Assembly (NCBI GenBank): GCA_039798785.1
Contig: JBDKFG010000013.1
Span: 1 to 64,000, forward strand
DNA from: Verrucomicrobiota bacterium
GTDB taxonomy: Bacteria > Verrucomicrobiota > Lentisphaeria > Lentisphaerales > Lentisphaeraceae
Direction of reading: 5' to 3'
DNA length: 64,000 nt
How positions within the stretch are numbered: position 1 is the first letter of the stretch; each line of letters opens with the position of its first letter. Of this stretch, positions 39,459-49,231 are shown piece after piece. Position numbers and translations under genes: made by a program. The notes beneath the pieces are model-generated. The model did no database searches. It was not told the DNA's origin and was given only the letters and a program-made list of their open reading frames with translations.

Positions 39459-40052
39459 ATGCAAGAAACTTCGAAAGGCGCCGAGGAGATGGCGACGAGA
39501 TGGATGAAGATCCGTATCGCTTCGGGCATCATTCTCAGCCTGCTCTGCGGTCTGGGAGCCGGCTGGTTCTCCGGCGACATCCAGGTCGCCATGGTCAAGC
39601 ATCTTGTCCAGGTTCACCCCCAGGTTCTGGTCGAGACTCCTCGGCCCGAGACGGTGAGGAACTGGGCCTGGGGACTCTGGATCGCCCTGCTCATTCTGCT
39701 GCCTTTTTTGATCGATTCGCGGCACCGCTTTCGCGAAGCCGTCCTGCCCATCGCTCTCAACCTTCTCTGCGCCTTCGCCTATTTTTGTCTGCAGCGCTGG
39801 TATCAGGACGTCAGGGTCGATGAGATTCTACGGAGCCAAGCTCCGCATCTGATTCAATTCCCTTTCGACGGTTTTTCCACCAACACCTATCCGATCAAGT
39901 GGATCGTTCTGCTTCTAGTGCTCGCCAGTTGGGCTCATTCGCGGCGACCGCAGCCTTTCCGGCCGCCCTCCCAGAGACTTTCGGAGGGAGGCGACAGCTG
40001 CGCCCGGAACCGGCCGCGCAGGAGCTTGCAGAGCCGGGCGAAGAAAGAATGA
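39459..40052 (+). CDS. Hypothetical membrane protein (about 4 TM segments); start uncertain
   Basis: Several hydrophobic stretches. Its stop overlaps the next ATG (ATGA at 40049-40052). Confidence 0.6.
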   Translation: MQETSKGAEEMATRWMKIRIASGIILSLLCGLGAGWFSGDIQVAMVKHLVQVHPQVLVETPRPETVRNWAWGLWIALLILLPFLIDSRHRFREAVLPIALNLLCAFAYFCLQRWYQDVRVDEILRSQAPHLIQFPFDGFSTNTYPIKWIVLLLVLASWAHSRRPQPFRPPSQRLSEGGDSCARNRPRRSLQSRAKKE

Positions 40053-40891
40053 CGCGGCGCACTCTGCTGCTGGGCGGCTTGTTCGCCTCCTGCCGACCCG
40101 GTGCCGCACCCTCCGGCCTGGTGTCGCTGGCGCCTTCCCTCACCGAGTTGCTCTGCGCCCTGGGAGGGGCCCCGCTACTCCGCGGCGTCAGCGACTGGTG
40201 CAGGCATCCCGCCGCCATCGCCGGCCTGCCCCGCTGCGGATCCTCGTTCACGCCCGATTTCGAGGCGATCAAAGCTCTGCGCCCGGAGCTCGTCCTCTGC
40301 AGTGGCTCGCCGCCCTCCTGGCGGCTCGCCGGCTGCCGGATCGACAGCTTCGACCAGTCGAGCCTGCCGCTTCTCCTAGAATCTTTTGACAAGCTGGGAA
40401 AAAACCTTGGACTGGAAACGGCGGCGGCCCGTGAAAGAAGCCGTGTCGAAGCTGAGATCGAGTCCTGCCGGGCTCGAGCCGCCCGGCAGCCCAGGGTCTC
40501 GGTTCTGCTGCTCCTCAATCCCCTTGGAGACTCAGGCGCCGCGCCGCAAGTCTGCGCTGCGTCGAAAAACGACGGCTATTTCAGCCCGCTTCTCGAGGCC
40601 TGCGGACTCGACAACCGGCTTGAACACAAGCTCGCCTATCCCCTGCTCGGGCCGGAGCAGCTGCGCCGCCTCGATCCCGAGCGCATCATCGTCATCGCCT
40701 CCGGATTCTCCGACGCTCAGCAGGCTCGGGAACTCGCCTCCTGGCAGAGATTCAAAGCCTTGCGCGCCGTCCAGACTTCAGCCATCCATCTCCTCACCGG
40801 TGACCATGTCCAAATCCCCGGTCCGCGCCTGCCCCTGCTTCTCGCCGATTTCGAAAAGATCCGAAACTCTTTGGCCAGTTTGACGTCGTGA
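40049..40891 (+). CDS. BtuF/FhuD-type helical-backbone periplasmic binding protein, probable lipoprotein
   Basis: VSLAPSLTELLCALG, GVSDWCxHP, PDFEAIxALRPELVL, IPGPRL. N-terminal TRRTLL...FASC. Confidence 0.85.
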   Translation: MTRRTLLLGGLFASCRPGAAPSGLVSLAPSLTELLCALGGAPLLRGVSDWCRHPAAIAGLPRCGSSFTPDFEAIKALRPELVLCSGSPPSWRLAGCRIDSFDQSSLPLLLESFDKLGKNLGLETAAARERSRVEAEIESCRARAARQPRVSVLLLLNPLGDSGAAPQVCAASKNDGYFSPLLEACGLDNRLEHKLAYPLLGPEQLRRLDPERIIVIASGFSDAQQARELASWQRFKALRAVQTSAIHLLTGDHVQIPGPRLPLLLADFEKIRNSLASLTS

Positions 40892-40912
40892 GCGTCGATC
40901 AGGGGCGAGCTG

Positions 40913-41872
40913 TCAGTTGGCGTCTTCGTCTGCCGGCAGTTCCACCGTGAAAAGACTCTCGAGATAGGGGCGGAGCTCGGGATGGCGCCAGGCGAAGCCT
41001 GAAGCCCTGAGCGTCGCCGGCTCGATCTTCAGATCCTTCAGCATCATGACCGGCCCCATGTCTCCCGGCAGCAGCTTGAGGAGGAACGCGGGTACGTGGA
41101 AAAATGCCGGCATGCCGATCGCGTCCGCCAGGATTGCGGTGAAATCGCGATTGTTGATCAGTTGCGGAGCCACCAGATTCACCGGCCCGGCCAGTTCCGG
41201 CTTTTCCAGGATGTGGAGAATCGCCGCCGTCGCATCCTCCTCGGAGATCCACGGAAGGTGCTGCGTGCCTTTGCCAAGACGCCCGCCGGCTCCAAAGGCG
41301 AAAATCTTTTCCATCCGCTCGAGGAAACCGCCGCGTCGCCCCAAGACGACGCCGAAACGCAGGTGAACCACCCGCACGTCGCCCCGCTCGGCCAAAGGTG
41401 CAGCAGCAGCTTCCCAGTCGCGGCAGAGATCGCCGAGGAAATCCTGCGCCCAGGACTCCGGCCCTAGCATCTTTTCAGACCAAAGAGTCTCGCCGCCCGC
41501 CCAGGCATTGACTCCGGAAGCGCAGATGAAAACCGGCGGCGGACGTTCCATCGTCATCATCCGCCCCACTAAAAGCTCCGTCGTCTTGATCCGGCTGTCA
41601 CGCAATTCCTGACGGCGTGCCGCGGTCCATGGACGATCCGCCACCCCCGCGCCGCCGAGATGGATGACGGCGCGGATGTTGTTAAAGACTCCGACATCGA
41701 GAATCTCCTTTTCCGGATCCCAGCTCCGCTCGGAATAGGTGGCTTCCGCACCGCGGATCAGACGGATCACCGGAATGCCGGCATTGACCAGACGCAAGGT
41801 CAGCGCCCGGCCCAGATAGCCGCGGCCCCCCACCAGCAAAACCGGCGCACTTTTGATCTCTTCTTCCGTCAT
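40913..41872 (-). CDS. TIGR01777/YfcH-family NAD-dependent epimerase-like oxidoreductase
   Basis: GGRGYLG, WTAARRQELRDSR, DFLGDLCRDWE, LRFGVVL, GPVNLVAP. Confidence 0.9.
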   Translation of the reverse strand: MTEEEIKSAPVLLVGGRGYLGRALTLRLVNAGIPVIRLIRGAEATYSERSWDPEKEILDVGVFNNIRAVIHLGGAGVADRPWTAARRQELRDSRIKTTELLVGRMMTMERPPPVFICASGVNAWAGGETLWSEKMLGPESWAQDFLGDLCRDWEAAAAPLAERGDVRVVHLRFGVVLGRRGGFLERMEKIFAFGAGGRLGKGTQHLPWISEEDATAAILHILEKPELAGPVNLVAPQLINNRDFTAILADAIGMPAFFHVPAFLLKLLPGDMGPVMMLKDLKIEPATLRASGFAWRHPELRPYLESLFTVELPADEDAN

Positions 41873-42062
41873 CGCCGAACTCCCAGTCTTGATTGCAAGT
41901 AAACATAGCCGCAGTCTCCATGCCCGATGACGCTTGAGGGCTGGTCGGTGGATTTTATAAAAAACCCGATCTTTTAAGTGTCATAATTCGTTCTGAGTCC
42001 GAATGATCTTGAAGGAATCGCGGAAATTCACGGATATCGATTCAAAGCCCCAAGGAGTCCTC

Positions 42063-44765
42063 ATGCGCTTTTTCTCCGCCGCCCTCCTCCTCGCCGCCAT
42101 CGGCCTCCACGCCGCCCCGGAAATCCGCTTCGAACAACCCGGCGGCAAGAACTGGGAATCTCAAGGTCTGCCGATCGGCAACGGCCGCCTCGGCGCCATG
42201 CTCTTCTCCGGCGTCGACTCCGACCGCATCCAGTTCAACGAGGAATCGCTGTGGACCGGCGGCCCCAACCCCTCCGGCGGCTGGAGCCCTGACGGCCAGG
42301 ACCAGAACTCCTTCGGTTCCTACCAGAACTTCGGCGATCTCTTCGTCGACTTCGCCGGCGGCGGCAGCAACGAGCTCAGCTCTCCCTCAGGCCACGAGAA
42401 CGGCGACGGCAACGGCCTGGCGAACGCCTTCGACGGCAAGGCACAAAACAAGTGGTGCCTCGAGCACAAGGGCAAGGCGGTGATCGCCCAGATCAAGCTT
42501 GCCAAACCCGCCGCCCTCGCCTCCTACGCCCTCACTTCCGCCAACGACGTCCCGGATCGCGATCCCTCGACTTGGACCTTCGAAGGCTCGCACGACGGCA
42601 AGGCCTGGACCAAGCTCGATTCGCACCAGGACGAAGCGCCCTTCGCTTCACGCCACCTGCGCAAGGAGTTCAAGTTCGCCAACGACAGCGCCTACGCCTT
42701 CTACCGCCTCGTCTTCCAGCCCGGCAAGGCCAGCCATTTCCAGATCGGCGAAATCGAACTGCCCGGTGTCAGTCTCGCGGCTGAAGACAAAGCGCTCAGC
42801 GCCTATTCCCGCCAGCTCGACCTCGGCACCGGCCTGCACTCCTGCTCCTTCGTCAAGGACGGCGTCACCTACCGCCGCGAAGCCTTCGTCAGCCAGGCCT
42901 CGCAATGCATCGTCCTGCGCTACACCGCCGACAAGAAGGGCGCCCTCTCCGGCAAGATCCGGCTGGTGGATGCGCATGGCGCAAAAACGACCGCTCAGGA
43001 CATCGGCAGCGGCGTTTATTTGATGCACATCGGCGCTTCCGGGAAACTGAAAAACGACCTCTCCTATGCTTCCGAGGTTTTCGCCAAAATCGACGGGGGG
43101 ATGATCGGCACGGACGGCGATGTCGCATCCTTCAATAATTGTGACAGCCTCACGCTTTTCCTTGCCGCCCGTACCGACTACGCCCTCGATGTCAGCAAAA
43201 ACTGCCGCAGCGGCATCGATCCGACCGAAGCCGTCAAACGCGATCTTGCGAATGCCACAAAGTCCTACGACACCCTCAAATCCGCCGCCATGGCCGAGAC
43301 CGCCTCCTACATGGACCGCGTCCAGCTCGACCTCGGCGACAGCCCGGCCGAGGTCAAGGCGCTGCCCACCCCCGCCCGCCTCAAACGCTACCGCGAAGGC
43401 AAGCCGGATATCGACCTCGAGGAGACCCTCTTCGCCTACGGCCGCTACTTGATGCAGGCCAGCTCGCGTCCAGGCGATCTCCCCGCCAACCTCCAGGGGA
43501 TCTGGAACGACCGCATCAGCAACGTTCCCTGGGCCTCCGACTACCACACCAACATCAACATCCAGATGAACTACTGGGGGATGGAGCAGGCCAACCTCGG
43601 CGACTGCCATTCCAGCCTGATCGACTTCATCGACAAGCTGCAGCAGCCGCGCCGCGATGCCGTGCGCTCCGACAAGAAGCAGTTCGGCGAACACGCGACC
43701 GAGCTGCCCGGCTGGACCTGCCGCACCTCGGAGAACATCTTCGGCGGCCAGGGCTGGAACTGGAACATCCCCGCCAACGCCTGGTACGCCCTCCACGTCT
43801 GGGAACGCTACGCCTTCAGCGGCGACAAAGACTTCCTCAAGAAGACCGGCTACCCGATCCTCAAGGAGGTCTCCCAGTTCTGGCTCGCCCACCTCAAGGC
43901 CCTGCCCGACGGCACCCTCGTCGCCCCCAAGGGCTGGTCGCCCGAACACGGCCCGGTCGAAGACGGCGTGATGCACGACCAGCAGCTCATCTGGGACCTC
44001 TTCCAGAACACTCAGGAGGCAGCCGCCATCCTTGGTGACACCGCCTTCGGCGCCCAGGTCGCCGCCGCCCAGGCCAAGCTCGCGCCGAACAAGATCGGCA
44101 AGTGGGGCCAGCTGCAAGAGTGGCAGGTCGATCGCGACGATCCCAACGACCAGCACCGCCACACCTCGCAGCTCTTCGCCGTCTTCCCCGGTCGCCAGAT
44201 CTCCCCAGCCACCACCCCCGAACTGGCCAAGGCCGCCACCCTCTCCCTGCTCAGCCGCAGCGGTTGTTGGGGCAAGAACGAAGGCCGCGCCCTCACCGTC
44301 GACTCCACCGTCGGCGACTCCCGCCGCTCCTGGACCTGGGCCTGGCGCGGCGCCATGTGGGCCCGCCTCGGCGAGGCCGACAAGGCTCACACCATGATCC
44401 AGGGCCTGATCACCTACAACATGCTCGATAACATGTTCGCCACCCACCCACCCTTCCAGATCGACGGCAACCTCGGCATCACCGCCACCTACTGCGAGGC
44501 CCTGCTGCAGTCACACACCGCCGAACTGCAGCTCCTGCCCGCCCTGCCGAAAGTCTGGTCCAGCGGCTCGGTCAAGGGCTTGCGCGCCCGTGGCGGCCTC
44601 GAGGTCGACCTCGTCTGGAAGGACGGCCAACTGCTCAGCGCCACCCTCACCAACCGCAGCCAGGAAGCGCTCAAACGCAGCGCCACTTGCGCCGGCCACA
44701 AAGTTCTCGTCGAACTCGCCCCCGGCGCCAGCCGCCAACTCAAGGCGACCGACTTCCAACCCTGA
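42063..44765 (+). CDS. GH95 alpha-L-fucosidase-like glycoside hydrolase with signal peptide and inserted F5/8-type (discoidin-like) domain
   Basis: [20 protein letters not shown], [47 protein letters not shown]. Confidence 0.93.
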   Translation: MRFFSAALLLAAIGLHAAPEIRFEQPGGKNWESQGLPIGNGRLGAMLFSGVDSDRIQFNEESLWTGGPNPSGGWSPDGQDQNSFGSYQNFGDLFVDFAGGGSNELSSPSGHENGDGNGLANAFDGKAQNKWCLEHKGKAVIAQIKLAKPAALASYALTSANDVPDRDPSTWTFEGSHDGKAWTKLDSHQDEAPFASRHLRKEFKFANDSAYAFYRLVFQPGKASHFQIGEIELPGVSLAAEDKALSAYSRQLDLGTGLHSCSFVKDGVTYRREAFVSQASQCIVLRYTADKKGALSGKIRLVDAHGAKTTAQDIGSGVYLMHIGASGKLKNDLSYASEVFAKIDGGMIGTDGDVASFNNCDSLTLFLAARTDYALDVSKNCRSGIDPTEAVKRDLANATKSYDTLKSAAMAETASYMDRVQLDLGDSPAEVKALPTPARLKRYREGKPDIDLEETLFAYGRYLMQASSRPGDLPANLQGIWNDRISNVPWASDYHTNINIQMNYWGMEQANLGDCHSSLIDFIDKLQQPRRDAVRSDKKQFGEHATELPGWTCRTSENIFGGQGWNWNIPANAWYALHVWERYAFSGDKDFLKKTGYPILKEVSQFWLAHLKALPDGTLVAPKGWSPEHGPVEDGVMHDQQLIWDLFQNTQEAAAILGDTAFGAQVAAAQAKLAPNKIGKWGQLQEWQVDRDDPNDQHRHTSQLFAVFPGRQISPATTPELAKAATLSLLSRSGCWGKNEGRALTVDSTVGDSRRSWTWAWRGAMWARLGEADKAHTMIQGLITYNMLDNMFATHPPFQIDGNLGITATYCEALLQSHTAELQLLPALPKVWSSGSVKGLRARGGLEVDLVWKDGQLLSATLTNRSQEALKRSATCAGHKVLVELAPGASRQLKATDFQP
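44598..44756 (+). repeat. Copy 1 of a 159-bp imperfect direct repeat (GH95 3' end)
   Basis: Gapless alignment by eye with 47102-47260. Confidence 0.9.
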
Positions 44766-44774
44766 GGCCTCGCC

Positions 44775-45025
44775 ATGCGCCTGCCGCTTCTTCTCCCTCC
44801 CTTCCTCCCCGCCGCCTCGCGCGCCTCCCTCGCCGACCAGCAGGCCCGGCCCTTCGTCTTCGCCGACCCGGATTACTTCCACTGGGGCGGCACGCCGGTC
44901 CTCGGCGACGACGGCCGCTACCACCTCTTCTACGACCGCTGGAGCCGCGCAACCCTCGCGGCATGAAGGGCTGGCTCTACGTTTCGGAAATCGCCCACGC
45001 GGTCAGCGAAGGGCCCGAAGGCCCA
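44775..45025 (+). pseudogene. Frameshifted, truncated GH43-like/five-bladed-propeller glycoside hydrolase remnant
   Basis: DYFHWGGTPVLGDDGRYHLFYDRW in one frame continues as GWLYVSEIAHAVSEGPEGP in another frame (shift near 44945), then similarity stops. Confidence 0.75.
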
Positions 45026-45108
45026 TCGGCGGCGGTTTTTGGGTGTGTTCATGGAGGCAGGCGTGCTTGAAGCCGGGCGAGCTTGCGATTGAGGGCGGGG
45101 CAGGGTTC

Positions 45109-46884
45109 TTATTGCGGCTGGCCGAACAGTTGGAATTCCGCCAGGGTCGGCGTGCCGTCGGTCTTGCGGAGGTTCAGGCGGAACAGGCGGGCTTTGACGG
45201 GCTTGAAGGAAAGTTCCGAATCCGAGCCGATCCTCTCGCCGGAGGCGATTGTTTTCCACTGGCCGTTGATCTGCGCCTCCAGATCGAAGGCCCGGGTGCG
45301 GCCATGTGGGGCGTCGCTGAGACGGGTGCTGCCGACTTCGCGTTCTTGCTCAAGGTCCACCGTCACCGAGGCGCTGGCGGTTTTGTCGTCTGCGCCCCAG
45401 AGCGTGGTGGGGTTGCCGTCGGTGATAGATGAGGGTTTGAGGTCGGTGCGGTCGCGTCCCGGCCAGACGCTGGTGGCCGTCACCGGCTTGCCGAGGGCCA
45501 GGTTGACAGGGGGAGGGAAGGGGGCGACGGCTGGCAGGCGCAGGGCGGCGCGGTCGAGGGTGATTTCGACGATGGTGGCAGGCTGGCGGTGGAAGCGTTC
45601 CGGCACTGACAGGGTCCACTTGTCGGCTGTGGTGGTCAGGCTGGCGCTGCCGCTTGGCGAAAGCAGGCGCACGGATTTGACTTCGGTCGGCAGGGGAGGC
45701 AAGGATAGGTCGTCGCCGCGCCATTTGGTGACGAAGAGATAGACCTTGTCGCCTTTGCGAGTGGCTACGTAGTTGGCGCTGGGTTTCCACGGGCCGCCCC
45801 GGGTGCCATAGATCGCTTCGCCGTTGTCTTTCATCCAAGCGCCGATTTCCTCGAGGGCCTGGGCGTGGCTGGGGTCGATGGTGCCGTCGGCACGCGGGCC
45901 GACGCCGAGGAGGAGCGAGCCGTCGCGACCGATGCATTGGATGAGCCAGCCGAGGACTTCGGTCTTGGGGCGGGGGGTCATGGGAGGGAACCAGGACCAG
46001 CGGGAGTTGACGCCGCAGAGGCTGAAGCAGCAGTCCCAGGCCTTGTCCATGTAGAATTCGCCGAGATCGACTTCGCGGGCCTGGTAGTCGCCGGCGGGAT
46101 CGGGGGCGCCGTCATGGAAGCTGCCGGTCCAGGAGCACACCGGCCCGGATTTGGCGGCGCGCTGGTCGATGCGGTTGCCGAGCAGGGTGCCGGGCTGCAG
46201 GCGGCGGATGTAGTCGTACATCTCCTTGCCGTCCTTGTGGGTCCAGCTGGCCTCCCAGTGGCCGTCGAACCAGATGCAGCCGACTTTGCCGTACTGGGTC
46301 AGCAATTCCTTCATGTGCGGCTTGAAGACCTCGTTCTTGTAGGCGGTCAGGTCGGCCCCGGCCTGGCCCTTGTACTTGGGGTTCCACCAGTCGAGCACCG
46401 AGTAGTAGAGGCAGAACTGCACCTGGCTGCCCTGGCAGGCCAAGGCCATCTCCTTGACGTAGTCGCGGCCGAAGGGGGATTTCATGACGTTGTAGGACGA
46501 GGTCTTGGTGTCCCACATGCAGAAGCCGTCGTGGTGCTTGGGGACGATGACGGCGTAGCGGATGCCGGCGGTTTCGAAGAGCTTGACCCATTCCCCGGCG
46601 TGGAAGTTCTCGCCCTTGAATTGCTTGTAGAGGCTGTCGTATTTCTCGATGCCGACGGCGGGGCGGCACCAGGAGATCTCCTGGCCGACCAGGGCCGAGG
46701 GGTTCCAGTGGAGGAAGACGCCGAACTTGGCGTCGCGCATCCACTGGGCGCGGGCATCGTAGTCGGCCTGGGATTCATGGAAGGGGTCGAAGCCGGCGGG
46801 GGCCGGAGCGGGCTGGGCCAGCGGGGGCGTGCTGGCACAGCTGGCTCCGAGAAGCAGGGGAAGCGCGAGATCGAGCAGTTTCAT
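45109..46884 (-). CDS. GH29 alpha-L-fucosidase, probable lipoprotein, with C-terminal F5/8-type domain
   Basis: WxRDAKFGVFLHW, KHHDGFCMW, YYSxLDW, IWFDG, NGEAIYGTR. Lipobox LGASC. AAGGAG RBS. Confidence 0.93.
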   Translation of the reverse strand: MKLLDLALPLLLGASCASTPPLAQPAPAPAGFDPFHESQADYDARAQWMRDAKFGVFLHWNPSALVGQEISWCRPAVGIEKYDSLYKQFKGENFHAGEWVKLFETAGIRYAVIVPKHHDGFCMWDTKTSSYNVMKSPFGRDYVKEMALACQGSQVQFCLYYSVLDWWNPKYKGQAGADLTAYKNEVFKPHMKELLTQYGKVGCIWFDGHWEASWTHKDGKEMYDYIRRLQPGTLLGNRIDQRAAKSGPVCSWTGSFHDGAPDPAGDYQAREVDLGEFYMDKAWDCCFSLCGVNSRWSWFPPMTPRPKTEVLGWLIQCIGRDGSLLLGVGPRADGTIDPSHAQALEEIGAWMKDNGEAIYGTRGGPWKPSANYVATRKGDKVYLFVTKWRGDDLSLPPLPTEVKSVRLLSPSGSASLTTTADKWTLSVPERFHRQPATIVEITLDRAALRLPAVAPFPPPVNLALGKPVTATSVWPGRDRTDLKPSSITDGNPTTLWGADDKTASASVTVDLEQEREVGSTRLSDAPHGRTRAFDLEAQINGQWKTIASGERIGSDSELSFKPVKARLFRLNLRKTDGTPTLAEFQLFGQPQ

Positions 46885-47101
46885 CGAGGGCTCCTTGGGT
46901 GATTGATGGCGCCGTTTCCGATGTCCGGGTTGCGAGGGAGTTCCTCCGAAATCATTATGGAATCTCGTTAAATGGCAATGGAATATCACGGGAAGTCGGT
47001 CCGTGGTCCGCTGGGCATCGCTAGTAAACTGAACGACAAAGTCGCCTTCGTGATGGGGGCGGCTCGGCCATGGGATTGAGCTTTGCTGGACTATGATCCG
47101 A

Positions 47102-47275
47102 ATCGAAGTCGACCTCGTCTGGAAGGATGGCCAACTAGTCAGCTCCATCTTTATCAACCGCAGCGAGGAAGAGATCAAACGCACCGCCACGTGCGTCGGC
47201 CGCAAAGCTCACCTCGAACTCGTTCCCGGAGCCAGTCGCGAGCTTAAAGCCACCGATTTCCGTTCCTTTCGATAG
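47102..47275 (+). pseudogene. Orphan duplicate of the GH95 C-terminal ~53 codons (repeat copy 2)
   Basis: [35 protein letters not shown]...ASRELKATDF versus GH95 [35 protein letters not shown]...[10 protein letters not shown]. Confidence 0.85.
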
Positions 47276-47283
47276 CCGCTTCG

Positions 47284-48651
47284 CTAGGCCAGGATCGTCG
47301 CGTTCGGACTCGCCGTCTGATAAGCGCTTCTCGGCGCGTCGCAGAGCGGGCAGACCCAGTCGGAGGGCAGGCGGCTGAAGGGGGTGCCGGGGGCGATGCC
47401 GGGCGAGCCGAGTTCCGGCAGGTATTCGCTGAAGCATTCGCGGCAGCGGTGGCGCTGCGGCGGGTTGGGAGGCGGCAGCGGCAGGGCCAGCGGCTGAGGA
47501 TCGCGCGAAGGCGTCTGGACGAATGCGGTTTGCAGCTGGGCCAGGGCCTGGCGCAGGCCGCCGAGGCCGAGCTCGGAGGCGACCGGCTTAAGAACCGGAG
47601 AGCGGGGGTCGAATCCCTCCTTGTGGCTGAGGCGATAGCGGCGCAAGCCGAAGAGCCCGCGCTGGGTCTCGATCTGCACGGTCGCGCCGCAATCGGGATC
47701 GCCATCGACGGCGAGGCTGAGGCCGCTGAGCTCGCGGCTGTCGAGGCGCTGCGCCAGGGCCAATGCGGCCGCATCTCCGGGCGGCAGCTGCCAGCTGGCG
47801 TCGCGTCCGCCCTGGAGCGGCAGGCGCAGGCTGGCACAGAGGCGGCGCCAGGATTCGAGGCGCTCGGGCGCGAGGTGCTTGAAGAGCAGCTGGCGCTGCG
47901 GCGTCAGGAAGATCTGCCCCAAGCCCTGCAATCTGGCCGCGGCGGCGAGGGCCTGCAGGGTCTGCCAGCGCCAGGGCTGCTGGCGGTTGTCGAGCAGCAG
48001 GGAGAAGCGGCCGTCGTCCTGGCGCAGGAAGCCCGGTACTGCGGCGGCCGGGGCGGCGGCGGGACGGAAGGCGGGCGCGGGCTTGAGGCGGGGCAGAGCC
48101 TCGAGGAGCGCGGAACTCAGGACCAGGACCGAGCAGTCGGGGTCGGCGGCGAGGCGCTTCCGGCAGGCGGCGAGGGCGGTCGCGATCAGCTCGCTCGGGA
48201 TGAGGGAGGGGAAGAGCTGGCGCTGCAGCTTCAGCCGGAAGACGAGGAACCACTGGCCGGGCTCATCGGCGGCGACGAAGTTGAACTGGCCGCTGAAGAG
48301 CGGTGCGAAGGCCTGCGCCGCATGGCAGAGGTTGACGGCGAGGGGCAGGTCTGCCGGCAGCGACTGGCAGATGTCGCGATAGGCGTCCTGGGAGGAGGCC
48401 CAGTCATTGCCGCCGAGCCCGCCGGCGAGCTGCGAGCTGATCAAGCCGGGGGCGGCACGGGAGTCGCGGGCGACCGCACCGAAGCCGCGCAGGCGAGGGT
48501 GATCGGGGGCGACGCCGGGGATCAGGAGTTCCTGGCGGGGGCCAAGGTGAAGCAGGCCGTAAGGAGCGTCCTGGGCGGCCAAGGCGGCTTCCTCGAGCTC
48601 TCGAGGCGAGAGGGCGCCGCCGAAGGGGCGGATAGCGGTGAGGGGCGTCAT
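47284..48651 (-). CDS. Rubredoxin-domain protein of the nitrate assimilation cluster (nitrite/sulfite-reductase-like half domains plus C-terminal rubredoxin)
   Basis: C-terminal CRECFSEY...GIAPGTPFxxLPSDWVCPLC. N-terminal GGALSP...LGPRQEL and internal LTPxRQLLFK. Strong AAAGGAGG RBS. Confidence 0.85.
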   Translation of the reverse strand: MTPLTAIRPFGGALSPRELEEAALAAQDAPYGLLHLGPRQELLIPGVAPDHPRLRGFGAVARDSRAAPGLISSQLAGGLGGNDWASSQDAYRDICQSLPADLPLAVNLCHAAQAFAPLFSGQFNFVAADEPGQWFLVFRLKLQRQLFPSLIPSELIATALAACRKRLAADPDCSVLVLSSALLEALPRLKPAPAFRPAAAPAAAVPGFLRQDDGRFSLLLDNRQQPWRWQTLQALAAAARLQGLGQIFLTPQRQLLFKHLAPERLESWRRLCASLRLPLQGGRDASWQLPPGDAAALALAQRLDSRELSGLSLAVDGDPDCGATVQIETQRGLFGLRRYRLSHKEGFDPRSPVLKPVASELGLGGLRQALAQLQTAFVQTPSRDPQPLALPLPPPNPPQRHRCRECFSEYLPELGSPGIAPGTPFSRLPSDWVCPLCDAPRSAYQTASPNATILA

Positions 48652-48676
48652 CGGCAGCCTCCTTTCTGTAGGAGAA

Positions 48677-48976
48677 TCAGCGGCTGGGCCTCAATGCTCG
48701 GCGAATGCTGATCGGATCTTGCCGACAGTCGAGCACCCGCCATACCGTAACGGTCTGCTGCTCCAACTTGTAATAGATCGCAAAAGGAAAGCGTGATGCC
48801 AGCATCCGATAATGACGATGGAAGCGTGGGTGAATTCCTGCGTACAGCCGCAGAGATTCGATTTCGGCGCTCAAGGATTCGAGGAAGTAAGCGCTGAGGC
48901 CGAGATTCTGCGCCTCGTAGAAGTCCATGGCGCGGTTGAGATCCCGGTAAGCCGCCGGCATGATCCGAAGAATCAT
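48677..48976 (-). CDS. RelE/ParE-family toxin
   Basis: MILRIMPAAYRDL...FYEAQNLGL...RFPFAIYY...VWRVLDCRQDP. ATGA overlap with the antitoxin. Confidence 0.88.
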   Translation of the reverse strand: MILRIMPAAYRDLNRAMDFYEAQNLGLSAYFLESLSAEIESLRLYAGIHPRFHRHYRMLASRFPFAIYYKLEQQTVTVWRVLDCRQDPISIRRALRPSR

Positions 48977-49191
48977 GGAAGTCGCTTGCGAAGCAGTTCC
49001 TTGGCAGCTTGCCAATCCATCGGAATTTCTTCGCCACGAGCTGCGGCCGCCTCGGTTTCAGCCAATTCTGCGGCATGCCAGTCAGGAGAGGTGTAGGCCG
49101 ACTGCGGATGAGACAGATCAGCCCAAAGAGCTTCCATGGCCAGGAGTTTCTCCTGACGGGACATCCGATCAAGTTGGAGGTGGTGTGGCAT
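48973..49191 (-). CDS. Addiction-module antitoxin (TIGR02574-like)
   Basis: MSRQEKLLAMEALWADL...SPDWHxxEL...DWQAAKELL, directly upstream of the toxin. Confidence 0.88.
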   Translation of the reverse strand: MPHHLQLDRMSRQEKLLAMEALWADLSHPQSAYTSPDWHAAELAETEAAAARGEEIPMDWQAAKELLRKRLP

Positions 49192-49231
49192 GGTGCAAGA
49201 TGATGCCGAATGGGGGAATTGGCAATGGTGT

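Noticed and set aside
46885..47205. N-terminal extension of the GH29 ORF in the ORF track
   Set aside because: The RBS and lipoprotein signal indicate a start at 46884. The extension is partly the antisense of the duplicated GH95 tail.
44598..47260. Diversity-generating retroelement template/variable repeat pair
   Set aside because: The differences are not confined to adenines and are often synonymous, and no reverse transcriptase is present in the window.
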